Positions 1-12,726 of a stretch of DNA of 52,183 nt are shown here, one piece after another; the first letter of the stretch is position 1, and each line of letters opens with the position of its first letter. Source of the stretch: Paraspadella gotoi (lineage: Eukaryota > Animalia > Chaetognatha); contig JBJCIZ010000395.1 of assembly GCA_051294375.1 (NCBI GenBank), forward strand, positions 1 to 52,183. Direction: 5' to 3'. The notes under the pieces are model-generated. The model saw only the letters and a list, made by a program, of their open reading frames with translations. It searched no databases and was not told where the DNA came from. The translations under genes were made by a program, and so were the position numbers.

Positions 1-1454
1 CTCCGTTTTTTCCCGCAGCCGTTTTTTTTCATTAATTTCTATGAATAGTGGGCTCTGGGCTCGATCTTGAGTCTTTTTAAGATTTTTTTATTTTATGTCT
101 CCTTGCTCTCTCCTCCTCTCTCTCACTTCTCCTACTTTCTCTCTCACTCCTCTCTCTCCTCTCATCTTCCGTCTTCTCTTCATCTTCTCTCTCTCTCTTA
201 TCAATAGCGACGATCCTTATGCTTTTAAGATTTTTTTTAACCTTGCATCATTTTTTCAACTGGCATAATTTTGTTCAACTTGCATTCCGTCAAAACTTTA
301 TATCTAGCTTCTTTCACATCCTTTTCCTACCTGGCTCATCAAAATTTCATCTCAAATCTATCATGGGTTAAAATAAATAAAAGATTCAAGTACAATGTGA
401 ACTCATATATTTTTTCAATTTAAACTCATTTTTTCCACTGTACGTTTCCAACTGAAACTTTATATCAAGCACTTCGTCATACGGTTTTCCCTACTCGCAA
501 CCAAATTTCGACTCAATCTATCCATCCAATTATGATTAATTGAGTATTTATTGGTTAAAATAAGTAAAAAAGATTTTTAGAAATGTCGACTTTTGTTTTT
601 CCATTAAACTCATAATTTCCACTCACACGATTCCTCTGAAATTTAATATCCAGCTTTCATCACAACATTCTTCCTTACCATCACACAAAATTTATTTCCG
701 AATCCCAACCAGCCAATCACGAAGTTATTGGAGGGCTTTTTTGCTAAGGTGGGACGGATGGAACGGATGATTGACTATTAATAATTAGTGATTATTTATA
801 TTACTAATTGATTAATTAACTTATCAATTATTTGATATTTAATAACTCCTGCATGATACATTGTAATATAAAAGGAAAAAAAATCATAATCAATTAGTAA
901 AACAGTTTTTGTTTTATTTCCATTAAACTCATTTCACTCAAACTATTCCATCGAAAACTTGTTTCCTGTTTCAATACACACTTTCACTACCACATACAAA
1001 ATGGTCCAGGTCATTCGAGCCCATCCACTCATGTGCATTTGGGTTGTCAAATAGTGAATTATATTTTTTGTTTTTTCCATTTAAAACTCATTTCCCACTG
1101 CGGACGATTCCCATCGAAACTTATAATATCCAGCTCAATTCACACACTTCCTACCAACACAAAAAATTTCATTCAAATCCATCCATCAATCACGAGTAAT
1201 TGGAGTTTTGCTAAGTGGCGGCGGACGGACGGACGGACGGACGGACAGGACGGACGGACGACGGACGACGGAGGACGAGCGTCGACAGACCAGAAGCAAC
1301 ATCATTTTTTTTTGGCATAATTTTATCATAATTCGATGTTTCTGACATGATATAAGTAGTGGCCCGACAATATTGAGGGGGCGGACCGAGGACCGGACAA
1401 GTTAGTATAAAATGGTTATAGAGTCGGGATCTGCTGATAAGGAGATCCGACTAA
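1..1454 (-). mobile_element. HINE-A (DINE-1-like non-autonomous Helentron), copy 1, cut by window start; includes the 3' end of nested HINE-B (1-89)
   Basis: Terminus GAGTCGGGATCTGCTGATAAGGAGATCCGACTAAAA at 1421-1456, degenerate (GGAC)n at 1218-1270, colinear with 14030-15422 and 35830-37197. Confidence 0.85.
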
Positions 1455-1889
1455 AATAAAAACCAATAAAAAATTATTTTAAAAATTTTAAAATTAATAA
1501 TAGAAGGAACGAATCTTAAAAAAGACATATAAAAAAGAATAATGATGATATACTTTTTAATTAACTGAAAAATATATTATTAATCAATAAAATTTTGATC
1601 AATTGATAAATCAACCAGTCTATCAATAAATTAAAATTCATATTTATAATTATGGTCAATGACCATTGGTCATAGTTTATAAAGACTAACAACAGAAAAC
1701 ATGCGTTTAAAAAACTAACAACGACAAAAATAATGAGGAAGAGAAGAAGTAGAGAAAGAGAAGAGAAAGCAAAAGAGAGAAAGAGAAAACAAAATATAGA
1801 ATTAGAATTTGATGGTATCCTTTCGTTTCGTTGTGTATGAGATTAGCAAAAATATTTGTTTTGTTACAACAACAATTTTATTTGACATA

Positions 1890-1934
1890 AAAAACAGACA
1901 TGTTTCGACTATGTTCAAGTCTTTATCAGCGCAT
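1890..1934 (-). ncRNA. Penelope-type minimal hammerhead ribozyme motif, degenerate (CUGAUAA core)
   Basis: Minus strand reads CTGATAA-AGACT-TGAACAT-AGTC-GAAAC-ATGTC followed by AAATAAAATTGTTGTT, the same layout as the 51123-51173 motif. There is one core substitution and stem I is weak. Confidence 0.55.
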
Positions 1935-2317
1935 TCAAGAGCAGAGTTAAAGAGAAAATACCATTAAATACTTTAGTTTGTTTTAAATCTATATTTTAAA
2001 TTAAAGTTAAATTATAAAATTAACCGACTTAACGGTTAAACGTTAAAAATTTTTGTTTAACGGTTAAGCGAATTTCCTAAAAAATTAACGGTTATCGAAC
2101 TCTAGGTGCATAGTTTTCAAAATTCATTATAATTTTTACTTAGTTTGACACTCACCCTGTAAGGAGGTTTCAGCATAAGTAATTCTAAAATTGTATCTTG
2201 TATGTGCCCTATGATTATGGCTTTATTTGGTACTTTTGCCATCCCTTTATCTTTATTCCTTCAAGATATTGGAAAAAATCAGTTTTTTTCTCAACCTTCC
2301 TTTTAATTTCTTTTTAA

Positions 2318-3175
2318 GGGGACCAAGTGAACAGGGGGGGTAAAAAAAGCTGAAAACATAACGTTTTGACCCTTTAACTTAAGCTGGTTTCTGATCATAT
2401 AATTTTTTCTTCTATAATCATTGGAAAGTAGTTAAAAAATTGATAAAATCAGCGAGCTAATTTTCTTTAAAAAATCGTAGAAGAAATCTTTTCAAGTTTA
2501 AAATTTTTTTTTCCAAAAAAGGTAAGATCTCATTTTAAAAAGATTTTCAGCTTTTATCACAAAAATTTATAAGAAAAAAAACTAGGAATGAATCAAAAAT
2601 TTAAGGATCGACTGATTTTATTTAAACTTTCTTTTCAATGATTCTGTAATTGGATGAAAATAAAACTCTTTGAAGTAATATAAATATAAAAAGAAGAGAA
2701 AGATTCTGTACTTTGCTAAATTTTTAATTGTTATAATTAGAATCAATATAGTTTAATTTACATTTAAGGGATGAATATGAATATTAATTAATAATTATTA
2801 CAGTTTTGTTTCTGTAAGAATAGAAATTGGTTGATTTGTCTGCTTTAAGTAAATATAAATATAAAAATATTAATCTTGTAAAGCCTTTGTTCAATGAGCT
2901 TAAACCTAAAATATAGCTTTGTACAGTAAAAAATAGAAAATTGGAATTTAGTAAAAAATACTTTCTAATGCAAAAAATAAAATAATGGATTATATAAATA
3001 TTTAGGTGGGTCAACTAAATTTTTTTTCATAATTATTAAATTTTTTGTTTCGTACAATAAGAGATAGGAATTTTTTTGCCAGTTTCCCCGTGTAAAGAAA
3101 AATTAATGACTATCACCATTCAAATTCCTTGATGATAGCCCTTAAGCTTTGATATCATTTTATCACTGGGTCCCC
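2318..3175. mobile_element. Non-autonomous Kolobok-like DNA transposon (MITE)
   Basis: TTAA on both flanks (2314-2317, 3176-3179). TIRs GGGGACCAAGTGA / TCACTGGGTCCCC match at 12/13. Purine-start TIRs with a TTAA TSD are typical of Kolobok (piggyBac TIRs start CCY). No ORF. Confidence 0.75.
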
Positions 3176-3624
3176 TTAAATAAAAATTCGCGATTCAAAC
3201 CGGACTATTTTCATTAAACCTGATCATTTTATGTCAAAATCATTATAAAATGAAAAAAGAAAAATAGGACAAGCTTTTCAGACACAAAGCTATCAGAATC
3301 CCGAAATCGAAGTCGATCATAGTAACAGGAACATATAGCAATCCGTTTACAATTTTAAGTTTGTCAACTTCCCTTTCATTTCTATAGTAAAATGAGGTTG
3401 AAAATTCTCCGGAGAGTAGTGGCATTTCCCTGGCTTGTTTGATATTAAATCCTTTATCAAATGCCATAAAAAACGAATAGGACAAGCTCTTCAGATGTAA
3501 CCGCGTTTTTACAAGTTTTTTACCGAAATTCTGGAAAACGCGTTTGCAATTTGGGTAGTCAGATTTGAACGGAATTCTCTATAGAAAAATGTGAATTTTT
3601 TTTTTAGCGGAGATTCTCGTCTAC

Positions 3625-5580
3625 AAGACACAACGTTTAAATAGACCATGAATAAAATATTATGAACTAATTCATATTTTTTCATAATGGACTTCATAAA
3701 TAAAATGTTATGAACTAATTTCATAAGAAACTATAAAATATAACGTTCAAGAACGTTCAAAATTCAAATTTTTTAAAAAAAAAACATCAAAAAACAAAAG
3801 ACACAACGTTTAAATGGACTCATGAATAAAATATTATGACTAATTCATAAGAAACGTTTCAAAAACGTTCAAAATTCAAATTTTAAACCAAAAATATGAG
3901 AAAACAAAGAAAAAAACAAAATATAAACATAACGAAAAACAACGTTAATAAAAGACAAAAAAGACAAAGAAGACAAAGACAAAACAAAAACAAAATTAAA
4001 AGCATAAAACGGAAACAACGTTAATAAAATGTAAAACAAAACAAAAATTATGAAAAAAAGAAACAAAAGAAAAATATAAAGCATAAATAAATACTAATGT
4101 ATTTATGTGTTAATAACAACTAGATTTTAAAAAATAATTTTTACGAACGGAAAAAGTAAAAATTAAAAAAGTGTTTAAAATAAAAACAAAAAAATGTCTA
4201 GTATAAAAAGTGTTTAAGGTTTATGTGGCTTCTTTTTTTTTTAATTAATACCAAAAAACAGTGTGCTTCTTTTTTTTTTTTTTTACAAAATTAAATTTAA
4301 CGTTAAGTTAAACAGTGGCTTCTTTTTTTTTTTTTTTTTTTTTTATTAATACCAAAAACAGTATGATCAAAATCAAAAACAGTATCAGTGTAAAAAAACT
4401 AAACTATTAAAATTCAACGAAACAAAAGACACTGACGTTAAAAATTTGACTCATTAAATATAAATATTATGGAGACTAATTCATAAGAAACTATAAATAT
4501 AACGTTTCAAAAAACGTTCAAAATCACATTTTAAACCAAAAAAAAAACATCAAGTAAAAAGGAACAACAAGAAAACACAAGACACAAACGTTTAAAATAG
4601 ACCTTAACCTGGTCTATTTTTAAAATTAAACGTTTTAGCCTTTAACATTAAATTTAACGTTTTAAGTGACCTCATAAAATAAAATATTATGTACTAATTC
4701 ATGTACATAATTAACGTTTTAGTGGACTCTAAATAAAATGTTATGTAGCTAATTCATAAAGAAACTATAAAATATTAAACGTTCAAGAACATACAAAAAT
4801 TCAAATTTTTAAACCAAAAAAAATCAAGAAACAAAAAGACAACAAACGTTTAAATGGACTCATCAAATAAAATATTACTGAACTAAATTCATAAGAACAT
4901 AAAATACAAGAACAATTACAGATACAAGAAACGTTCAAAATTCAAAATTTTAAACCAAAAATAGAATAAACAAAGACAAAACAAAAATATAAAGACATAA
5001 ACGAAAAACAACGTTAATAAACAACAAGAACAAAATAAAAATATAAAGCTAATGAAATATACCTAAAAATGTTATAATTATATGTGTTAACCAGTTAAAG
5101 GGCAAAAAATAGGAATTTTTTTATAAAAATTTTTAATAATCGTAAAAACCAAAAAAGTAAAAAAAAAGTGTTTAATGTATAAAACAAAAAATGTCTAGTA
5201 TAAAAAAGTGTTTTAAGCGTAAAACGTCAAGGTTTATTTTTATAAAACGTCATTATTAAGTATTTAATGCTTGTGTATAACATATACCCAAAAATTTATA
5301 ATACAATGTGTTAAAGTAAAGGCAAGGGACACAATGCTATTAATAGAAAATAAAAAAAAACTAACAATGCAATATATATATTATCTAACATATATACAAC
5401 ACATACACATATCTTACATACATATATATATAAGCAGCAAATAACGAAGGGACACTTATAAAAAACTAAAGACGCTAATAAAAACAAGAGAAAAAAAACG
5501 CAAAAACGAAATGAACGCAACAAAGAGACGCTAAAAACGAAACTTTTTTTTTTTTTTATAATCCAAAAACAGTATTGACA
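3625..5580 (+). repeat. Degenerate A-rich tandem repeat block
   Basis: Recurring motifs ACAACGTTTAAATGGACTCATGAATAAAATATTATGAACTAATTCATAAGAAACTATAAAATATAACGTTCAAGAACGTTCAAAATTC, also seen at about 47885-48320. Confidence 0.7.
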
Positions 5581-5583
5581 TAA

Positions 5584-8576
5584 CACGGTTCCTTTTTACA
5601 TCGATTAATCTGCATGGAGTGCACAGAATGAGATGTCCGGGATACGTTTCCGACCTTTGGCTACACAAAAAAAAGGTAATCAATTTTTTCTAATGACAGT
5701 TTTTTATAAATTAATATTAAAATTAGCTATAAAAATCACTAAAGTAGAATAAAAAAAAATAAAAAATGGTTTAAATTTTAAAAATTGAAATATCATGCAT
5801 ACATCCATAATCTATGAACAATTTTCTTCGTTTGAGTCCATAACCATTATTCTATCTTTATAGTTTTATTTGTAATTAATTTTTTTATTAAAATATTATT
5901 TTAATTTTTTTTCAGATAATTTAATTTAAAAAAAATTATAGACTATGCCAAATTATTGAAGAAAAATTTTATACTTAAAGGGACTTACTACTAATAGAGC
6001 TTTCAATACATATATAGTAAGTTATTATGATGATGTTTTGATATAGAAAAAAAATAATTTATAAAAATTAAATATATGAAAAAAAATTTTAACTTTGATT
6101 TTTTTTTTTTTTTTGCAATAATAAACATAATTATTAAAAATTAATTGTTCATGATGCTGTTTATAGGGGGCTACTGTTCAGTTTGTATCCTTTCTATTAT
6201 ACATAATTAAACCTATTTTTTTTTATTTTAAAATAATACTGACTGCTATATTTACTTACTCCTTTGACAAAATCTAAAAATTACTGTATTAAAAATTATG
6301 TTATGAAACAGACTGAAAACTTTTGTTTAAAATCAATGCTATTTAATTGTGAGTGATATTATATTATCCTTGGACAAAATTAAAAAGTTTTAAACATCTC
6401 CCAACTAGACATTTTTAAGGGCACAAAAAGTTATGGTTGTTCTAAAAAAACTGCAAGATGCAAAAAAGTAATAAAAAAAGTATTTTCTCTTGAATATCTT
6501 TTGAAAAAAAAAAAAAAAAGAGAGCAAGGTGGTTGGTATCAAATTAAAGCCTAATCATGGACACATTTCTAAACAGTTTAGGTTAAATTTTATCCATAAA
6601 TCTTTACACAGTTTTTATTTAACAATACGAATTAAAAGTATAACAGTTTTTTAGCATTACAAATTTTAATGAAGGCATATGAAAATTTTCTGTTTTAATT
6701 CATGTTTATGTAAATTGAAAGAGGAAAGTCTGAATTACATTTTAATTATCATTAAATTTTCTCTACTTTATAAATTTGCTTGTATTTTTTAGTTAAAGTA
6801 AAAAACAAAGCAAAAATGTTGTAGTAGCTTAATAAAATGTTTTTTTAAATATGAAAAAAATGATAAATAATAAAATGTTTTCAGCTTGATATAAACAGTC
6901 TGGGACGTCTACCTTCTTGTCTGTGAAAAAAAAATAATCATTTTTCATTATCTTTCAACTGCAAAGAAAAAGCTTGATATACTGCTTGTTTATCATAATA
7001 AAATTTTAAAAAAATTACTTAACTGCTGACATATTTGACAAAGCAAAGACATCATTGTGTTGAATTGTATTGCATAATTCTTTTTAAATATAACAACCTT
7101 TATAAGGGAATTTAATTCTATTATTTATCATCCATTTTAATTAAGAAAAAAAAATTCGCGAAAAGGGTTCATTGACTGACTTAATGATTGCATTTTTTAA
7201 GGTTTCTTTACTGCCCCATTACGCAAGACATAAAAGGTCATTATTATCATGTCACTATGTACAGATTTTCTCTACCCTTTATGCCACCTGCATTCTGAAT
7301 TTTCTTTTTTTCCCTTTCCAAATGTATTTAAATTAAAAAATTAATTGAGAGAACGATCTGCATGGAGGATACTGTTGGTAAGCCTTAGTTACCCTCTTCC
7401 CGATCAAATTGTAAACAAGGTTTTTTTTTTCATCTATTCTAGACATAACTCTAACTATTGGTACTATTTATTTTTAATTTTTACATTCTCTTTCGCGTAA
7501 TCAAAGAAACGTTTTGCGTGTCAAAAAAATTATAGAAAAAAAAGTAAAATGTTTTCAAAAATTAAAAATCTACAGAGGAATCTACTATACTTAAAAAATA
7601 TACTGATGTTAATATGTATTAGAACTTTGATGCCCACTCCAAATAAAAAAACTGTTAAATATACTGCTTTTCTTCATATTAAAAGAGGCTACTGAATTAA
7701 GTTAAAACCTAAAAAGCAGTCCGATATCAAATATTTATACATTTGACAACCTTAAAAATGTCTAGTTGGGATTGTTAAAAGTTTTTAAATTTTGTCCAAG
7801 GATAATTTAATCAGTTCAAAACATTAAATAGCATGTAATTTAAAAAAAAGTTTTTCGTCTGTTTCATACATAATTTTTAATTACCAGTAATTTTTGGATT
7901 TTGTCAAAAGTAAGTAAATAAGCAGTCAGTATTATTAAAAAATAAAAAAAGTTATTAAATTATTATAATTGAGAATGATACAACTGACCAGTAGCTATTA
8001 AAAGCATCAATGAACAATTAATTAATAATTATGTTTATTATGCTAAAAAAAAATTCAAAGTTAAAATTTTTTCATATATTTAATTTTATAAATTATTTAT
8101 TTTCTATATCAAAACATCATCATAATAAACTTACTATATATGTATTTGAAAGCTATATTAGGTAGGTAAGTCCCTTATAATATAAAATTTGTCTTCAATC
8201 ATTTGCATAGTTATAATTTTTTTATTTAATTATCTGAAAAAAATTAAATAATATTTTAATAAAGAAAAATTAATTACAAATAAACTATTAAAGATAGAAT
8301 AATGGTTATGGACTCAAACGAAAGAAAATTGTTCATGGATTATGGATGATGCATGATATTTCATTTTAAAAAAATTTAAACCATTTTTTAATTTTTTTTA
8401 TTTTACTTTAGTGATTTTATATAGCTAATTTTAATATTAATTTATAAAAAAACTGTCATTAGGAAAAAATTTGATTACCTTTTTTTGTGTAGCCAAAGGT
8501 CCGGAAAACGTATTCCCGGGACATCTCATTCTTGTGCACTCCATGCCGATTAAATCGATGTAAAAAGAAAACCGTG
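5584..8576. mobile_element. Non-autonomous Chapaev-like (CMC) DNA transposon with ~850-bp TIRs
   Basis: Termini CACGG...CCGTG with a 4-bp TSD ATAA (5580-5583, 8577-8580). About 5584-6420 is the reverse complement of about 7750-8576. No transposase ORF seen. Confidence 0.8.
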
Positions 8577-9151
8577 ATAATCATAAACAGTAATAAAAAC
8601 GAATTAAAACGAAATTTTTTTTTTTTTTTATAAGCAAATAGCATATTTAATACAGATTTACATTGCGAAAAAAAAACAATCTAAAATTTCATTCAAGATT
8701 AAAATATTTTAAAATGAGGAAAAAAAATTGTTTTTGATAAGTAAAAAAAATATTTGGAAGTCAAAAATATCATAGTCGTTAACTGAGTATAGTCAACTAT
8801 ACATTTTGTTAATAGAAATTATAATTTTTTGACCGTTATTATTGAAAATAGTTTCGCTTAATCGCGACGAGTTTTCATTTCATACAATCAATATCAATCT
8901 CATTCATTTTTAATAATATGCAAAAAATTAAGGTTTTCAACCTCATTTTGAACTAGATGAACAAAAGACTTCAGTCTTATTTCAATTGAAAAAAAAAACA
9001 GAAAGTTAATTGATGCTTAATCACACTCTAACAAAACAATTTTATTTCTATCACGCCACTTTTTTCTTAATACAAAATCCCAAATTTATTTCCGAGATTT
9101 TCGTGGCTTTTTATTTTTTTCCTTCTAAAAACTTTTATTATTATTTTATTA

Positions 9152-10421
9152 TTAGTCGGATCTCCTTATCAGCAGATCCCGACTCTATAATTCACTTAGT
9201 CGGTCCGTCGGTCCGCCCCCTCAATATTGTCGGGCACTATCTTATATCATGTCAGAACATCGAATTATGATAAATTATGCAAAAAAAATGATGTCCGTCC
9301 GTCCGTCCGTCCGTCCGTCCGTCCGTCCGTCCGTCCGTCCGTCCGTCCGTCCGTCCAATTACTCGTGATTGGATGGATGGATTTGAATGAAATTTTATGT
9401 GTGGGTAGGGAAGTGTGTGATTGAGCTGGATATAAAGTTTCGATGGAATCGTCTCAGTGGAAATGAGTTTAAAAGGAAAAAACAAAAAAATATAATTCAC
9501 TATTTGAAACCCAATTGCACATGAGTGGATGGGGCGATTGACCTGGCATTTTGTATGTTGGTAGTAAAATGTGTAATTGAACAGGAAACCAAGTTTCGAT
9601 GGAATCGTTTGAGTGGAAATGAGTTTAAATGGAAACAAACAAAAAACCTGTTTCACTAATTGATTATGATTTTTTTTCCTTTTATACTAAATGTATATGC
9701 AGGATGTATTAATAAATCAAATAATTAATCAGTTAATTAATCAATTAGTCAATTAATTAATCACTAATTAATTAATCAGTCAATCAATCGGTCCATCCAT
9801 CCCACCTTAGCAAAAAGCTCCAATAACTCGTGATTGGCTGGTTGGATCGGAATGAAATTTTGTGTATGGGTAGGAACATGTGTGATGAAGCTGAATATAA
9901 AATTTAGACGGAATCATGTGAGTGGATATGAGTTTAAATGGAAAAAAACAAAGTCGCATTTACTAAAATCTTTTTACTTATTTTAACCAATAAATACTGA
10001 GTTCAAATTTGTGTTGTGGGTAGGAAAATGTGTGACGAAGCTTGATATAAAGTTTCGGTACGAGTGGAAAGGAGTTTAAATAAAAAAATATGAGTCACAT
10101 TTACTTGAATCTTTTTACTTATTTTAACCCATAATAGATTGAGATGAAATTTTGTGAGCGGGAAGGAAAGTTTGTGAAGAAGCTAGATATAAAGTTTTGA
10201 CGGAATTGTGCCAGTGGAAATGAGTTTAAATGGAAAAAATATAAGTCACATTTACTTTATTTTAAGGACATCGATGATGATAAGCTGTATATAAATTTAT
10301 AATTAATTATTAAATATTCAAATTATTAATTATTAAGTTAATTATTAATTAAATTGATTAATCGATTAATTAATTAATTAATTTTTATTGGAAGATCCGA
10401 CATTGTTTGCTCAAACTTGTT
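9152..10421 (+). mobile_element. HINE-A copy 2, short complete form without HINE-B
   Basis: 5' TTAGTCGGATCTCCTTATCAGCAGATCCCGAC (subTIR plus adjacent inverted repeat), (GTCC)n at 9293-9356, internal ~100-bp subrepeats, 3' AGATCCGAC subTIR plus GTTTG-CT-CAAAC hairpin ending in TT. No TSD. Confidence 0.88.
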
Positions 10422-10429
10422 CTCTCTAT

Positions 10430-10472
10430 ATTTCTCTCTCAATCAACTCTCTGTCTCTCTCTGTCTCTCTCG

Positions 10473-10504
<32 letters not shown>

Positions 10505-10710
10505 AATTAACTCATCACGTCAATGAATGACTAGCATCGCATCAATGAATGACTATCATCGCATCAATGAATGATTATCATCCGATCAATAAATGACTAT
10601 CATCGCATCCATCCTTCGGTTATCATCGCATCAATATTTGGTTATCATCGCATCAATATTTGGTTATCATCAAAAGTAGGCTCGATCCCTATTGCTTTTA
10701 AGATTTTTTC
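10430..10710 (+). repeat. HINE-B-related 3' fragment with ~22-bp minisatellite
   Basis: GACTATCATCGCATCAATGAAT repeats, then GGCTCGATCCCTATTGCTTTTAAGATTTTTT, similar to the HINE-B 3' end. Confidence 0.6.
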
Positions 10711-11944
10711 TTTTATATTAGTTAAAGTTTTTCTTGTGATCGCACAGATTTCAAAAAATAATAAAAAAATAACCAGAACAAAAAAATGCTTTGCTGTTTT
10801 AGGTTTGTTTTGTTGTTACAGGTGTTCACTATTTAGCATTCATTATTTTTTTAAATTTGATCTTGCATAAGGATATATTTTCCTTTCTGTCGTTGTTTTT
10901 CGAGATTAATTTACAAAGTAGAAGAGTTTTTATTTTTCTTTATAAAAAATATCTAAAAAAAAGTAATTTACTTATAATTACTTATAATTTACTTATTTTG
11001 ACAAAAAATTAAGTCCGGAAAACAAGTTAATTAGCAACATAAGAAAAAAATTGTAAGAAAAAGCATCAAATTGGAAAATAAATGCAAGGGAATTATCTTT
11101 TTCGTCGGATCTGCTTATCATCTGCTTATCATCACTCTATAATTCACTTTGTTGGTACGTCGGTCCGCCCCCTCAATATTGTCGGGCACACACTTATATC
11201 ATGTCAGAACATCGAATTATGATTAATTATGCAAAAAAAAAGATGTCCGTCCGTCCGTCCGTCCGTCCGTCCGTCCGTCCGTCCGTCCGTCCGTCCGTCC
11301 GTCCGTCCGTCCGTCCGTCCGTCCGTCCGTCCGTCCGTCCGTCCGTCCGTCCGTCCGTCCGTCCGTCCCACCTTAGCAAAAAACTCCAATTACTCGTGAT
11401 TGGATGGATGGATTGGTATGAAATTTTGTGTGTGGGTAGGAAACTGTGTGATTGAGATGGATATAAAGTTTCGAGGGAATCGTGCGAGTGGAAATTGGTT
11501 TAAATGGAAAAAACACAAAAATATATTTAACTATTTGAACGCCAATTGTTCATGAGTGGATAGGGCAATTGACTTGAAATTTTTATGATGGTAGGAAAGT
11601 GTGTGATTGAGCTGGATATAAAGATTCGATGGAATCGTGCGAGTGGAAATTAGTTAAAATGGAAAAAGTCATATTTACTTGAAGTATTTTTACTTAAATT
11701 TACTCATAATTATTATGTTTATTAAAAATTGGATAGATAAATAGTTTAATCACAATGATAGATAAATCGAAATTGAATTTTGTGTGTGGGTAGGAAAGTA
11801 AATGTGATAAAGCTGGATATAAATTTTTTGATGGAATCGTAGGAGTGGAAAAGAGTTCAAATTAGAAAACCAAAAGACACATTTAAGTTGAATTTTTTAA
11901 AGTTTCTCTCTCTCTCTCTTCTGAGTGATTGATTGATTGATTGA

Positions 11945-11983
<39 letters not shown>

Positions 11984-11984
11984 C

Positions 11985-12320
11985 CAAAATTATGCCAATT
12001 GACAAAAATATGCCAGTTGACCAAATTATGCAGTTGACCAAATTATGCCAGTTAACCAAATTCTGCAAGTTGATCAAGTTCTGCAAGTTGACGCAATTAT
12101 GCCTGTTGACCAAAATTATGCCTGTTGACACAATTATGCCAGTTGACCAAATTAGGCCAGTTGATAAAATTATGCCCAGTTGACCAAAATTATGCCGGTT
12201 GACCAAATTATCTTAATTGATCAAATTATGTCAGTTGACCAAAATTATGTCAGTTGACCAAATTATGTCAGTTAACCAAATTATGTCAGTTGACCAAATT
12301 ATGCAAGTTGACCAAGTTAG
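11985..12320 (+). repeat. 18-19-bp minisatellite (GTTGACCAAATTATGCCA)n inside HINE-A
   Basis: Directly visible tandem units preceded by (ATTG)n. The same unit occurs at 49829-50190. Confidence 0.9.
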
Positions 12321-12726
12321 CTTATTACCACTTAGTTATTCGATTGACCTGGAATTTTGTTATGTGAGTAGAAAATTGTGTGATTGAACAGGAAACCAAG
12401 TTTCGATGGAATCTTTTGAGTGGAAATGAGTTTAAATGGAAAAAAAACAAAAAACCTGTTTCACTATATTGATTATGATTCTTTTTCCTTTTATATTAAA
12501 TGTATACATGCAGGATGTATTAATAAATCAAATGATTAATCAGTTAATTAATCAATTAGTCAATTAATTTATCAATAATTAATTAATCAGTCAAATAAAT
12601 CCGTCCATCGTCCCCACCTTAGCAAAAAGCTCCAATAACTCGTGATTTGGCTGGTTGGATTGGAATGAAATTTTGTGTGTGGGTAGGAAAGTGTGTGATA
12701 AAGCTGGATATAAAGTTTGAAATGAG

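Noticed and set aside
2020-2161. Possible MITE ends (TTAACGGTTA repeats ending AACTCTA; CACCCTGTA)
   Set aside because: Partner termini and TSDs not found.
9227-11455. ORFs with VRPS/GRTD repeats (also 1033-1320, 15031-15347, 36819-37085)
   Set aside because: Translations of the (GTCC)n microsatellite in HINE-A.
11883-12320. Regular 18-19-bp repeats as a CRISPR array or repeat protein (also 49800-50190)
   Set aside because: Head-to-tail units without unique spacers, no cas genes, eukaryotic context.
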